Source: an uncultured Candidatus Saccharibacteria bacterium (GTDB taxonomy: Bacteria > Patescibacteriota > Minisyncoccia > Phycocordibacterales > UBA9973). From it: a stretch of DNA of 64,000 nt. How positions within the stretch are numbered: position 1 is the stretch's first letter; every line of letters starts with the position of its first letter. Positions 28,347 through 38,371 of this stretch are shown one piece after another. The notes below the pieces were generated by a model, which saw only the letters and a program-made list of their open reading frames with translations, was not told where the DNA came from and searched no databases. Location of the stretch: assembly GCA_964532495.1 (NCBI GenBank), contig CAZHJZ010000001.1, positions 108,890 to 172,889 on the forward strand. Reading direction: 5' to 3'. The position numbers and the translations under genes are program-made.

Positions 28347-31300
28347 TTACGCTTCTTCCGATTCGTCTTCGGATTCTTCGACCGCTTTGGAACTTCTGAG
28401 ATCTACATCGAGAGCGAGGCCTCGGAGGTAGTTCAACATGACTGAGAATGATGCTGGAGCGTTTGGAGACTTGATCTTTTCACCCTTGATGATGGAATCG
28501 AATGTCGCTGAACGTCCTGCGATATCGTCGGATTTGATAGTAAGCATTTCGCGAAGCGTGTGGGCTGCACCGTAACCTTCAAGTGCCCAGACTTCCATTT
28601 CTCCGAAGCGTTGTCCTCCGCCTTGAGCTTTACCTCCGAGCGGCTGCTGCGTAATGAGACTGTAGGGACCAATCGATCGCATATGGAGCTTGTCTTCCAC
28701 CATGTGGTGCAGTTTCAAGACATGCATGATACCGACGGCAACTTCCTGTTCGAAAGCTTCACCAGTTCGTCCATCGTACAATTGTACGCGGCCGTGTTCT
28801 GGCAATCCTGCCTTAACCAATTCATCGCGGATTTCCTGTTCTGAAGCACCAGAGAAAGCTGGCACGATAGCCTGGTAGCCAAGCGTTTCAGCAGCGAGAC
28901 CCAAGTGCATTTCCAAGATTTGTCCAAGGTTCATACGAGATGGGACACCGAGTGGAGTCAAAATGACATCAACTGGCGTTCCGTCTGCCATGTATGGCAT
29001 GTCTTCATCTGGAAGGATTGTTGAGATAACACCTTTGTTTCCGTGTCGTCCAGCGAGCTTGTCACCCACTGAGATATTTCGGAGCTGCGCGATTTCGATG
29101 ACAACTTTTTTAATGATGCCAGATTCGAGCTGGTGGCCCTGTTCGCGTGAGAAGATTTTCACGCCGATAACGCGTCCGCGCTTGCCGTGTTCAAGACGCA
29201 TTGAAGTGTCTTTCACATCGCGAGCCTTTTCAGCAAAGATTGATCGGAGCAAGCGTTCTTCCGGAGTAAGTTCTGTTTCGCCTTTCGGAGTAATCTTACC
29301 GACGAGAATATCGTTTTCACGAACTTCAGCACCGATGCGGATAACGCCTTCTTCGTCGAGGTCTTTGAGTTTCAATTCACCAACGTTTGGAATATCGCGA
29401 GTTGTAATTTCAGGTCCGAGTTTTGTATCACGAACGAGCGCTGTGTATTCTTCAACGTAGATAGAAGTAAATTTTGAGTTCTTAACGAGACGCTCTGAAA
29501 GAATGATCGCGTCTTCGTAGTTAGCACCGTTCCATGCCATGAAGGCTACGCGGACATTCTGTCCGAGAGAGACCTGTCCCATTGCAGTAGAAGATGTGTC
29601 AGCGAGAACCTGATTCTTTTTGACTTTATCTCCGACTGAAACGATAGGACGCTGGTGGAATACAGTAAAGTTGTTTGTTCGTTCAAAGTTTGTGAGCTTG
29701 TGGAGGTGATCCTTGCCTTTGTCGTCTGTGACAATAATGTGTCGAGCATCAACTGCTTTAACAACACCGTTTTCACGAGTGACAGCAACACGGCCAGATT
29801 CGCGAGCAGCAATCTTTTCAATACCGGTCGCAACGTATGGTACGTCAGGAACGATACATGGAGTTGCTTGTTTCTGCATGTTCGATCCCATCAATGCGCG
29901 GTTCGCGTCATTGTGTTCGAGGAACGGAACAGTTGAGGTAGCGATAGAAAATGCCTGGTTTGTTGCAACGTCGATATAATCAACTTTGCCTTTTTCAATC
30001 AAACCTGGTTCTGTGTGAATACGAGCTTCAACTTTGTCGTCAGTGATAACACCCTTGTCGTCATATTTGATACCTGCGTGAGCGATGATGAATTTTTCTT
30101 CTTCAAGCGCATTCAAGTAGTCGATCTGATCTGTAATCTTTCCGTTCTTTACTTTGACGTACGGAGTTTCAATGATACCGAAATCATTGACGCGTGCGTA
30201 GTTTGAAAGGTGAAGAATAAGACCGATGTTCGGACCTTCAGGAGTGTGGATAGGACAAACGCGGCCGTAGTGAGAAGTGTGCACGTCGCGAACTTCAAGG
30301 CCTGCGCGCTCACGAGTGAGACCGCCGGGACCAAGTGCTGACAATGTGCGCAAGTGCTCAAGCTCAGCCAAGACGTTTTCCTGGTTCATAAACTGTGAGA
30401 GCTGGTTGGTTGTGAAAAATTCCTTGATACGAGCCTGGAGCGGACGCTGGTTGATGATAGCGATCGGAAGCGTTGTGCCTGTATCAATAGTAGACATGCG
30501 ATCCTGAATGTTTCGCTTGATCTGAGTCATACCGACGCGAGCTTTCTGCTGGAGCAATTCTCCAACATAACGCACGCGGCGCTGTCCCAAGTGGTCGATA
30601 TCGTCAGCCTTAGATCCTGGAGTCGAGTTCAAGACCATGACGTTTTCCAAAACAGTAACAAGGTCAGCTGCTGAAATAGTGCGGCGTTCCATTTCCTTTG
30701 CATCCATATCTTTGTTGAAGCGCTGGTTGAAGCGGAATCGTCCGACAGGAGAAAGGTCATATCGTTCTGTGCCGAAAAGTGAGTTGATGAATTCTTTTGC
30801 GTTTTCCGCAGTAGCAAGGTCTCCATCGCGGAGGCGCTTGTAGATTTCTGTGTATGATTCTGAGAGCTGCTTAGCTGGATCCTTTTCAACCTGAAGCTTG
30901 ATAGCGTCAGCAAATGGAGAATCTTTAAAAGCCTTCATGATTTCTTCATCTGTGTGCAAGCCCAAAACGCGCAACAATGAAATTGCGGGGAATTTTCGCT
31001 TTTTGTCGATGCGGACTACGAGTGATCCGTCAGTGTCAGTTTCGATTTCAATCCATACTCCGCGAGCTGGAATGATCTTTGCACCAAAGTGCTTCTTGCC
31101 CTTCAATTCTTCTTCAGTAAAGAAGATACCGAATGAACGTGCGAGCTGTGGCACGACCACGCGCTCGACACCGTTGATGATGAATGTACCGTGGCCAGTC
31201 ATCAATGGCACATCTGCCATGAAGATTTCCTGTTCCTTAGTCTCGTTCAACATTTTGTTTGTGAGCTTGACGCGAGCTTTCAACTGTCCTTCGTAGGACA

Positions 31301-31547
31301 CTTTGTTTGCTTTTGCGTAATGCTCATCGTACTTCGGCTCACCAAGGGTGAATGAAGTGAAGTTCAATTCGAACTTCTTCCCAGAGTAATCTGAGATCGG
31401 TGAAAACTCTTTAAACACTTCCTTGAATCCATTCTCAACCAGCCACGCAAATGATACGAGCTGAGTTTCGAGGAGATTCGGGAACTGAGCCAATGGCTCT
31501 TTGTACTTCGCAAAGTACTTCTCGGGCAACGCTGTTCTTTTCGACAT
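28347..31547 (-). CDS. rpoB: DNA-directed RNA polymerase subunit beta (compact, 1066 aa)
   Basis: Conserved blocks GDKLAGRHGNKGV and MHVLKLHHMVEDKLHMRSIGPYSLITQQPLGGKAQ. 16 nt upstream of rpoC. Confidence 0.97.
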   Translation of the reverse strand: MSKRTALPEKYFAKYKEPLAQFPNLLETQLVSFAWLVENGFKEVFKEFSPISDYSGKKFELNFTSFTLGEPKYDEHYAKANKVSYEGQLKARVKLTNKMLNETKEQEIFMADVPLMTGHGTFIINGVERVVVPQLARSFGIFFTEEELKGKKHFGAKIIPARGVWIEIETDTDGSLVVRIDKKRKFPAISLLRVLGLHTDEEIMKAFKDSPFADAIKLQVEKDPAKQLSESYTEIYKRLRDGDLATAENAKEFINSLFGTERYDLSPVGRFRFNQRFNKDMDAKEMERRTISAADLVTVLENVMVLNSTPGSKADDIDHLGQRRVRYVGELLQQKARVGMTQIKRNIQDRMSTIDTGTTLPIAIINQRPLQARIKEFFTTNQLSQFMNQENVLAELEHLRTLSALGPGGLTRERAGLEVRDVHTSHYGRVCPIHTPEGPNIGLILHLSNYARVNDFGIIETPYVKVKNGKITDQIDYLNALEEEKFIIAHAGIKYDDKGVITDDKVEARIHTEPGLIEKGKVDYIDVATNQAFSIATSTVPFLEHNDANRALMGSNMQKQATPCIVPDVPYVATGIEKIAARESGRVAVTRENGVVKAVDARHIIVTDDKGKDHLHKLTNFERTNNFTVFHQRPIVSVGDKVKKNQVLADTSSTAMGQVSLGQNVRVAFMAWNGANYEDAIILSERLVKNSKFTSIYVEEYTALVRDTKLGPEITTRDIPNVGELKLKDLDEEGVIRIGAEVRENDILVGKITPKGETELTPEERLLRSIFAEKARDVKDTSMRLEHGKRGRVIGVKIFSREQGHQLESGIIKKVVIEIAQLRNISVGDKLAGRHGNKGVISTILPDEDMPYMADGTPVDVILTPLGVPSRMNLGQILEMHLGLAAETLGYQAIVPAFSGASEQEIRDELVKAGLPEHGRVQLYDGRTGEAFEQEVAVGIMHVLKLHHMVEDKLHMRSIGPYSLITQQPLGGKAQGGGQRFGEMEVWALEGYGAAHTLREMLTIKSDDIAGRSATFDSIIKGEKIKSPNAPASFSVMLNYLRGLALDVDLRSSKAVEESEDESEEA

Positions 31548-31857
31548 AATAAGTCTAATCCTGAGGAAAAAGAGCGGGGCAAGCTAAACGAAAAAAGACG
31601 AGAGTAAGGCTAAACTCCCGGGGTTTTTTCTTCTAGTGAGCGCACGCGGTTATATCCTGCAAGATATGTATACGTTTTAGTGTTAATAACACCAAAGCGA
31701 GGTCGTAACTCATTCGTGCTTTAGTAAGTCCTATATTACTCGGATTTGATAAAAAGTCAAGGAATTCTTCATATTTTTCTGTTAGAGCGGCCTAAATACT
31801 TGTCAAATATAGGTTTATGTGGTATTTTAAGGAAAATTCACAATCTAAATACACACC

Positions 31858-32556
31858 ATGAAGAAGTATATTGTTAGATTTCTTGCAATTGTAGCTAAGA
31901 TATATACCTTTCTCGGAGGATTTGTCGTTAGCCTTATATTTTTATTCTTATCATTTGACTGGCTCACCTATAACCACCATTCGCTTGAAGCGAGAAAAAT
32001 TGATGAGCTTGGGAAAAAACCGACTTCCCTAATGAGCTTTGAAGCAGCACGAATAATGCTCGAAGAAAAAAACATTTTTTGGGTATCCATACAAGAACGC
32101 GAAGAAAGTAATTACTACATACATGAAACACGAACAATCTATTTATCTCCAGATGTTTATCATTCTTCTTCCGAAGCAGCAGTAACGGTAGCTTGCCATG
32201 AAGCTGGTCACGCCATTCTGTGTAACAAAATAGATATACAATTAAACAAGCGGATATATATGATAAGTATTGTCAGTATATGTTTTGCAGTTTTTATTTG
32301 CTTTAAACTCAAAGACCAATTGTTTGTTCTTACAATTTTGAGCATATTATGTTTTGTGTATCTCTATCCTGAAATAGACGCAAGCATGGCAGCTGACAAA
32401 TGGCTGACTTCTAACAAAGTGATAACAATGAGTGCTTGGCGGATTTTATGGCCAGCACTTGGAACATATATTGCCACTTTTTCTATATATTTATTCGTAA
32501 ACCTAACAATTACCCAAATAAACTTTGGAAAGTATTTTCTTAAAAAGAAGACTTAG
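31858..32556 (+). CDS. membrane zinc metallopeptidase, Zn_peptidase_2 (YugP-like) family
   Basis: HExxH as VACHEAGHAI. N-terminal and C-terminal TM helices. Size about 230 aa. Confidence 0.6.
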   Translation: MKKYIVRFLAIVAKIYTFLGGFVVSLIFLFLSFDWLTYNHHSLEARKIDELGKKPTSLMSFEAARIMLEEKNIFWVSIQEREESNYYIHETRTIYLSPDVYHSSSEAAVTVACHEAGHAILCNKIDIQLNKRIYMISIVSICFAVFICFKLKDQLFVLTILSILCFVYLYPEIDASMAADKWLTSNKVITMSAWRILWPALGTYIATFSIYLFVNLTITQINFGKYFLKKKT

Positions 32557-32588
32557 TTCTAAAAGGACTTACTACTATATTTCACAAT

Positions 32589-32620
32589 AACCATTCATAC
32601 ACGTGAATGGTTATTTTTTT
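32589..32620. terminator. bidirectional intrinsic terminator
   Basis: aaccattca tacacg tgaatggtt, then a T9 run. Confidence 0.7.
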
Positions 32621-32627
32621 ATGATTT

Positions 32628-33323
32628 TTAAAGTTCCCCTTTCTTCCACGCTTCAATTTTCTTATGATCACCGGATTTGAGAACTTCAGGAATCTTGTGC
32701 TTCTTCCCTTTCCATTCGAGGACTTCCGGACGAGTATAAAACTCTGGCGATGAAACGCGCTCTTCTTCGCGCGAGTCAAAATTGCCGAGCACGCCGGGAA
32801 TTTGGCGAGACATGCAATCGATCAATATCATCGCTGGCAATTCGCCTCCAGTAAGCACATAGTTCCCTACTGAAATATCTTCGGGTTTGAGAATTTTCTG
32901 CACTCGAGCATCAATGCCTTCGTATCGGCCAGAGATCATCACAACGTCAGTGTATTTTTTTGTCGTTTCTTTTGCGTATTCCGTGTCGAATATTTTTCCA
33001 GTAGGACTGAAAAAAATAACTTTTATTTTAGCTTTTGTTTTTCTTGTCTTTGAATTTATTTTTGAAAGCGCTTTTTCTACTGCCTTGAGTACTGGCTCAG
33101 CGCGCATGATCATGCCGGGGCCTCCGCCGTACGGACGGTCATCGACAATGCGAGACACATTTCCGTCAGGCCACACCTTTTTGTATTTTTTGCCAGTGAC
33201 GAAATCGCGAGGATTATAGAAGCTGATCTTTATTTTCTTTGCTTGTATCGCACGCCCAATAATCGACTCCGCAAGGTATGAGTCGAAGGATTCCGGAAAT
33301 AATGTAATGATGTGAAAATGCAT
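32628..33323 (-). CDS. trmD: tRNA (guanine37-N1)-methyltransferase
   Basis: HFHIITLFPE, GRYEGIDAR, LTGGELPAMILIDCMSR. Confidence 0.92.
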   Translation of the reverse strand: MHFHIITLFPESFDSYLAESIIGRAIQAKKIKISFYNPRDFVTGKKYKKVWPDGNVSRIVDDRPYGGGPGMIMRAEPVLKAVEKALSKINSKTRKTKAKIKVIFFSPTGKIFDTEYAKETTKKYTDVVMISGRYEGIDARVQKILKPEDISVGNYVLTGGELPAMILIDCMSRQIPGVLGNFDSREEERVSSPEFYTRPEVLEWKGKKHKIPEVLKSGDHKKIEAWKKGEL

Positions 33324-33419
33324 TTGTTCTTATAGACTATAGGATTTGATGGAAAATGCAAATAAAAAATGCATGGGGGTTCCATGCATATAGTCTGTAC
33401 GTCTCTTCAGCAAGACATA

Positions 33420-34130
33420 TTATTTCTTTTTTAGAATCATATATTTTTGCTTGTCTATAATATTTTTTCCACTTTTAACTGGCGTTTCCTGGGCCATTCC
33501 AAATTTTTGGTCAATAATTGCAAGCCCTATTGAATCTAATTTAGAATTAACCATTTCTATCGGGAAATATGCAAACGGCAGAAGAAATTGATCCTGATGG
33601 TAACCTGCAAAATATTCGATATCGTTTCCCTCGTGTGTAGATAGGTCAATAACCATTATTCCATCTTTTTTTAGATAAGAAATGGCCTTATTCAAAAAGA
33701 TATCAATATCAAGCAGATAGTTTATTGTCCTAAAAGAAGTAAGTACATCGATCGACTCTTTGGCTACGGGAATTTCATCAGTCAAAAAATTTGCCTCGTG
33801 TGCATGAAATTCCGTTACCAATTTTGACTTAATCCTTCCCGCATTAGTAGTCAAAAGTTCGAGCAACCTGGGTGCACCATCAACGCAATGACAGTACGCT
33901 GGGTGTTGGGTAAAATTCGATAATAATGAAAATAACTTATCACCAGTAGAGCTTCCGATATCCATCATCGAATAATTCTTATCTAGTTTTATATTATTTT
34001 TTGACATTAATAAGGCAATGGTCCTTGCTTCCACGCTAGCCATCATAGCTGTCATGTAATTGCTCTCGTAATTAACTCCAGCGTTAGAGTTAAAATACTT
34101 AACTGCGATTAGTTCTGTTTTTATCGACAT
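33420..34130 (-). CDS. class I SAM-dependent methyltransferase of unknown specificity
   Basis: Motif I MMDIGSSTGD. Motif post-II IDVLTSFRTINYL. Rossmann-fold MTase length. Confidence 0.6.
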   Translation of the reverse strand: MSIKTELIAVKYFNSNAGVNYESNYMTAMMASVEARTIALLMSKNNIKLDKNYSMMDIGSSTGDKLFSLLSNFTQHPAYCHCVDGAPRLLELLTTNAGRIKSKLVTEFHAHEANFLTDEIPVAKESIDVLTSFRTINYLLDIDIFLNKAISYLKKDGIMVIDLSTHEGNDIEYFAGYHQDQFLLPFAYFPIEMVNSKLDSIGLAIIDQKFGMAQETPVKSGKNIIDKQKYMILKKK

Positions 34131-34227
34131 AGTCTTTTTATTTAAATGTGTTTATTTTCAAATTAACACATAACATCAAAATGTAAAGCAAAAATCCCCT
34201 TTCGGGGATTTTTGCAATTCTTTTGAA

Positions 34228-34548
34228 TTAGATGTTCTTGAGGTCTTCCATCGCTTCATCAACTGCTGATGTAGGATTTGCTGACTTTGTTCCACCTTCT
34301 GGTTCGTTGATTTTGAGGTTAACGCGAGCGTTATTCTTCATACCAATGACTCGGAGAAGTGTTCGGATTGCTTTTGCGGTGTTACCCATGCGGCCGATGA
34401 TTTTGCCCATGTCTGCAGGGTTAACAGTAAGAGTGATCAATACGCCCATTTCATCAACAGTGCGGTCGATCTTTACATCATTAGGGTTGTCTACCAATGC
34501 TTTTACAACGTACTCGAGAAATGCCTTATCATCCATCATATCGTTCAT
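34228..34548 (-). CDS. KH-domain RNA-binding protein (KhpA/YlqC-like)
   Basis: GKIIGRMGNTAKAIRTLL type-II KH GxxG loop. Start set at an internal Met (MNDMMDDKAF...). Confidence 0.7.
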   Translation of the reverse strand: MNDMMDDKAFLEYVVKALVDNPNDVKIDRTVDEMGVLITLTVNPADMGKIIGRMGNTAKAIRTLLRVIGMKNNARVNLKINEPEGGTKSANPTSAVDEAMEDLKNI

Positions 34549-34701
34549 ATATATGTAAACTTGTAATTTAAGCAGCAAACGACTGTCTCACTGCTTACGT
34601 TATCAGTATACCGTGAGTGTCAGTTTCGGTCAATGAAATTGCTTGAAAAAACGAGGTTGTATGGTAAGGTAAAAGAAATTTTCTAACCAATACATTTTTA
34701 T

Positions 34702-35847
34702 ATGAAAAAAACATTTGGGATTACTGGCGGAGGCCAGCTCGCATTTATGCAAATCCAATCGCTGCGTAAAAAGGCAAAAGATTGCTACATCATTATTTTC
34801 GACAACCAAAAAGAAGGCTGTGCGCATGCGCATGCTGACGAAGTAATTGTTGGCGAATATACTGATATCGGCAAGCTAACCATTTTTGCCCAACGCTGCA
34901 ATGGAGGTATTACTACTGAGTTTGAAACAGTACCTGCAAGCGCGTTTAAAATTTTCAAAGACCATACGCACATCTGCCCTGAGCCAAATGTTATTGAAAT
35001 TGGCCAAGACAGGCTGAAGGAAAAGAACATGGCTCACAGTATAGGTATTAAAACCCCTGACTATTGGGATGTTATGGAAACTACATTGGCGGCATGGGAG
35101 CAAGGAGTAAATGTTCCGGCATTTCCTCTTATTCTTAAATCGCGCAAGGGCGGTTACGATGGAAATAATGCCTGGAAAGTAAACAGCTTGGCAGAACTAC
35201 GCAGCAAGTGGGAAGAAATTAAAAAAATACTCTGCATCGTTGAATCAATAGTACCCTTCACTTTTGAATTATCTGTAATTGTTGGCAGAAATTCAAAAGG
35301 AAAAGTAGTATGCTATCCTGCGTTTCAGAATACTCACAAAACAGTGAGCACGCCTAAAGGCCCGGCTACATTGCTGGATACAACTACGTTTCCTGGCAAA
35401 GATATTACGCAGACTATCAACATGCGTGCGCAAGAGATTGCGATTAAAATCGCACGATTTCTGAACCTTACCGGCATCCTTGCAGTTGAGCTATTTTACG
35501 TTAAAGAAACAGATGAAATTTTATTTAACGAAATAGCACCGCGCCCGCACAACAGCGGCCACGGCACACGCAGTACCCACACCGTTAGCCAGTTCGATAT
35601 GCTTGCTTCAATATTGTGCGATGATATCGTTCCAATACCACGGGCAATTTCCGGTGGTATTATGAAAAATATTATTGGCTCCGAAGTAAGCCTATACACC
35701 GAAAACCGCCAGGAACATAATTTACTGGTAACCCTATATGGCAAAGAACAGAGAGACGGCAGAAAATGCGGACATACTGATTCGTTATTTACGTTACCTG
35801 TTACGGCATATGGAAACTTGGTGTTTGACCCGCAAGCATCCAGTTAG
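34702..35847 (+). CDS. purK: PurK-like ATP-grasp protein (N5-carboxyaminoimidazole ribonucleotide synthase family)
   Basis: N-terminal GITGGGQLAFM. KSRKGGYDGNNAWKV. NEIAPRPHNSGH, which matches the PurK motif NEIAPRVHNSGH rather than the PurT motif SPRPHDTG. Confidence 0.6.
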   Translation: MKKTFGITGGGQLAFMQIQSLRKKAKDCYIIIFDNQKEGCAHAHADEVIVGEYTDIGKLTIFAQRCNGGITTEFETVPASAFKIFKDHTHICPEPNVIEIGQDRLKEKNMAHSIGIKTPDYWDVMETTLAAWEQGVNVPAFPLILKSRKGGYDGNNAWKVNSLAELRSKWEEIKKILCIVESIVPFTFELSVIVGRNSKGKVVCYPAFQNTHKTVSTPKGPATLLDTTTFPGKDITQTINMRAQEIAIKIARFLNLTGILAVELFYVKETDEILFNEIAPRPHNSGHGTRSTHTVSQFDMLASILCDDIVPIPRAISGGIMKNIIGSEVSLYTENRQEHNLLVTLYGKEQRDGRKCGHTDSLFTLPVTAYGNLVFDPQASS

Positions 35848-35875
35848 AAATAGAAATGTATTGCACAAAAAAAGC

Positions 35876-35910
35876 AAAACGCGCTCCGATTTCTCGGAAC
35901 GCGTTTTTTA
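35876..35910. terminator. bidirectional terminator between purK-like (+) and rpsP (-)
   Basis: aaaacgcgctccga tttc tcggaacgcgtttt, with A/T runs on both sides. Confidence 0.65.
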
Positions 35911-35917
35911 TTGCCTA

Positions 35918-36229
35918 TTAGCCTTGCTTCAATTCCTTTCGCTTCTTTGTCGGAGACTTCTTGGAGAGAACGTTTACTTTCTTTCCTTCGATAAGCTTCT
36001 CGTGAACGAGGAAGTTGTGGACTGTGTCAGAGAGCTGAGCGCCTTTGCTCATCCAGTGCTTGATCTCGTCGATCTTGAATGAAGTTCGGTTCTCTTTGAC
36101 CTTAGGGTTATAAGTTCCCAAGATTTCGAGGAATCGTCCGCTCTTGGCTGCGTTTTTGTGGTCGGTCAAGACGACTCGGAAAGACGGGTCATTCTTGCGG
36201 CCGATGCGCTGTAATCTGATCATTAACAT
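35918..36229 (-). CDS. rpsP: 30S ribosomal protein S16
   Basis: MLMIRLQRIGRKNDPSFRVVLTD matches the S16 N-terminus. The start is moved to an internal ATG. Confidence 0.85.
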   Translation of the reverse strand: MLMIRLQRIGRKNDPSFRVVLTDHKNAAKSGRFLEILGTYNPKVKENRTSFKIDEIKHWMSKGAQLSDTVHNFLVHEKLIEGKKVNVLSKKSPTKKRKELKQG

Positions 36230-36292
36230 AGGCCCCATCTTATCAGAGTATTAATAAATGTCAACATACAACTTTTATGCTATAGTAAACAG

Positions 36293-38362
36293 GTGAAAAA
36301 CAAACCATCATCCCCTAAAAAACAAGGAAAACATGTGAGCGGCCATATTCAAAAAAGCGGCACATCTAAGGGAAAACAAACTCATACAAAATCTCATTCG
36401 AAATCGGGATCATTTACCAAGCGGCCTTTCGGCAAGCGAGGCGACGCGCACCCAAAAACAAAGCCGGGTGCTCCCCTCGTTGGAACGCTACTCGTGTCAG
36501 CTCGTGGATTCGGCAATGTCCGCATCGAAGGATGGAAAGACAACGTCAGTGTTGAACCGACAGATCTCAATACGGGCCTCCACGGAGACCAAGTGGAGAT
36601 TGTTTTGAATGCTCAGACAAAAAGATACTCAACCGCTCGCATCACTAAAGTCCTTTCACGAAGCAAAGTCGGTTTCGCTGGTACACTCGTACTTACTGAC
36701 AGCATTTTCCAACTCAAGCCCGATGATCCTCGCATGTATCGACAAATTATTATTCCAAAAGAATCTCTAAACGGCGCCAAGAACGGAGAAAAAGTATTTG
36801 CTGAGATCACAGAATGGACAGATAGCAAAGCAGAACCAATAGGAAAAGTAACTAAGATATTAGGCTTGCCTGGAAACAATAATGCGGAAATGGTTGGTAT
36901 CGCTCTTGAGCGAGGCTTCCCGTCCGACTTCCCTGCAGACGTTGAAGCAGAATCTCAAGCGTTGGCGCAAAAAGGAATTACTCCCGATGAAATCCAGGGC
37001 CGCCGCGACATGCGATCAATCCCAACATGCACTATCGACCCCGTGGATGCAAAAGACTTTGACGATGCTCTTTCAGTTCGGATGCTTCCAGATGGAAATA
37101 TCGAAGTCGGTATTCACATCGCAGATGTTTCTCATTACGTACGTCCGGGTACAGCCCTCGACCGCGAAGCATTCCAGCGAGGAACATCTGTGTATCTTGT
37201 TGACCGAACTATTCCTATGCTTCCCGAAGCGCTTTCAAACGATCTCTGCAGCTTGAAACCAAACGTAGATCGTCTTGCGATGAGCGCTATTCTTACCCTC
37301 AATCCTGAAGCACGCATCGTGAGCACCTGGTATGGCAAGACAGTTATTCATTCAGCAAAACGTTTCTCATATGAAGAAGCCCAAGGTGTGCTCGATACTG
37401 GAACAGGTCCGATGGCGACTGAACTTCAGACGCTCGACACCTTGGCGAAAAAAATATTGGCAAAGCGCGTTCAAGAAGGCACGCTTATTCTTGATACCGA
37501 TGAAGTAAAATTCGAACTCGACAAAGACGGCGTCCCGCTTCGTGCATATCGAAAAGTCCGCGGCGATACGCACAAGCTTATTGAAGAATTCATGCTCCTC
37601 GCAAACCGCAAAGTGGCTGAAGTATTCAAAGCTGAAGAAAAACGCGATGGTATCGGCGTGTACCGTATTCACGATCTCCCTGACGCTGAAAAAATCGAAG
37701 ATTTTAGATTCCTCGTTGAAAGCCTCGGCTATGATGTTCCCAAGGGAAAGTTGCAGCCAAAAATGTTCGATACTCTTCTCAAAGAACTCGCTCATGCTCC
37801 AGAAAAAGACATGATCACGAGCGTTCTCATCCGCTCGATGGCAAAAGCTATCTACTCTACAAAAAACATCGGACACTTCGGGCTTGGCTTCGAAGACTAC
37901 ACGCATTTTACCTCTCCGATTCGCCGCTATCCTGACCTTGTCGTGCACCGCCTGTTGCAGCATATTCTTACTCACAAGCCAATCCGCACCAAAGAACAGA
38001 AAAACTTCGAGCGCATGATGGTTCATTCATCCGACAGAGAACGAAGCGCGGCCGAAGCAGAACGTGCTTCGATCAAATACAAACAGGTTGAATATATGCA
38101 GACACGCATTGGCTCTGAATACGTCGGTGTTATCACCGGCCTGACTGAACGCGGACTCTTTGTCGAAGAACTCGAAACTAAATCCGAAGGCATGATACAA
38201 TTGAAGGAACTTGGTACCGATATGTTCAAGCTTGCCGAACGAGATATGGCTCTTGTCGGGCAAAAGACCAAGAAGCGATTCCGAGTTGGCGACCAGATCA
38301 AGATCAAAGTGCTTCGCGCAGATCTTGCGGATCGAGTTATCGACTACGGTTTGGCAAACTAA
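36293..38362 (+). CDS. rnr: ribonuclease R (RNB family 3'-5' exoribonuclease) with basic N-terminal tail
   Basis: RNB motif TIDPVDAKDFDDALSV. Cold-shock/S1 regions. C-terminal S1 (GVITGLTERGLFVEL). GTG start in the track. Confidence 0.88.
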   Translation: MKNKPSSPKKQGKHVSGHIQKSGTSKGKQTHTKSHSKSGSFTKRPFGKRGDAHPKTKPGAPLVGTLLVSARGFGNVRIEGWKDNVSVEPTDLNTGLHGDQVEIVLNAQTKRYSTARITKVLSRSKVGFAGTLVLTDSIFQLKPDDPRMYRQIIIPKESLNGAKNGEKVFAEITEWTDSKAEPIGKVTKILGLPGNNNAEMVGIALERGFPSDFPADVEAESQALAQKGITPDEIQGRRDMRSIPTCTIDPVDAKDFDDALSVRMLPDGNIEVGIHIADVSHYVRPGTALDREAFQRGTSVYLVDRTIPMLPEALSNDLCSLKPNVDRLAMSAILTLNPEARIVSTWYGKTVIHSAKRFSYEEAQGVLDTGTGPMATELQTLDTLAKKILAKRVQEGTLILDTDEVKFELDKDGVPLRAYRKVRGDTHKLIEEFMLLANRKVAEVFKAEEKRDGIGVYRIHDLPDAEKIEDFRFLVESLGYDVPKGKLQPKMFDTLLKELAHAPEKDMITSVLIRSMAKAIYSTKNIGHFGLGFEDYTHFTSPIRRYPDLVVHRLLQHILTHKPIRTKEQKNFERMMVHSSDRERSAAEAERASIKYKQVEYMQTRIGSEYVGVITGLTERGLFVEELETKSEGMIQLKELGTDMFKLAERDMALVGQKTKKRFRVGDQIKIKVLRADLADRVIDYGLAN

Positions 38363-38371
38363 CCCAACCTC

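Noticed and set aside
37367-38026. 219-aa minus-strand ORF
   Set aside because: Antisense to rnr. Phe-rich shadow ORF.
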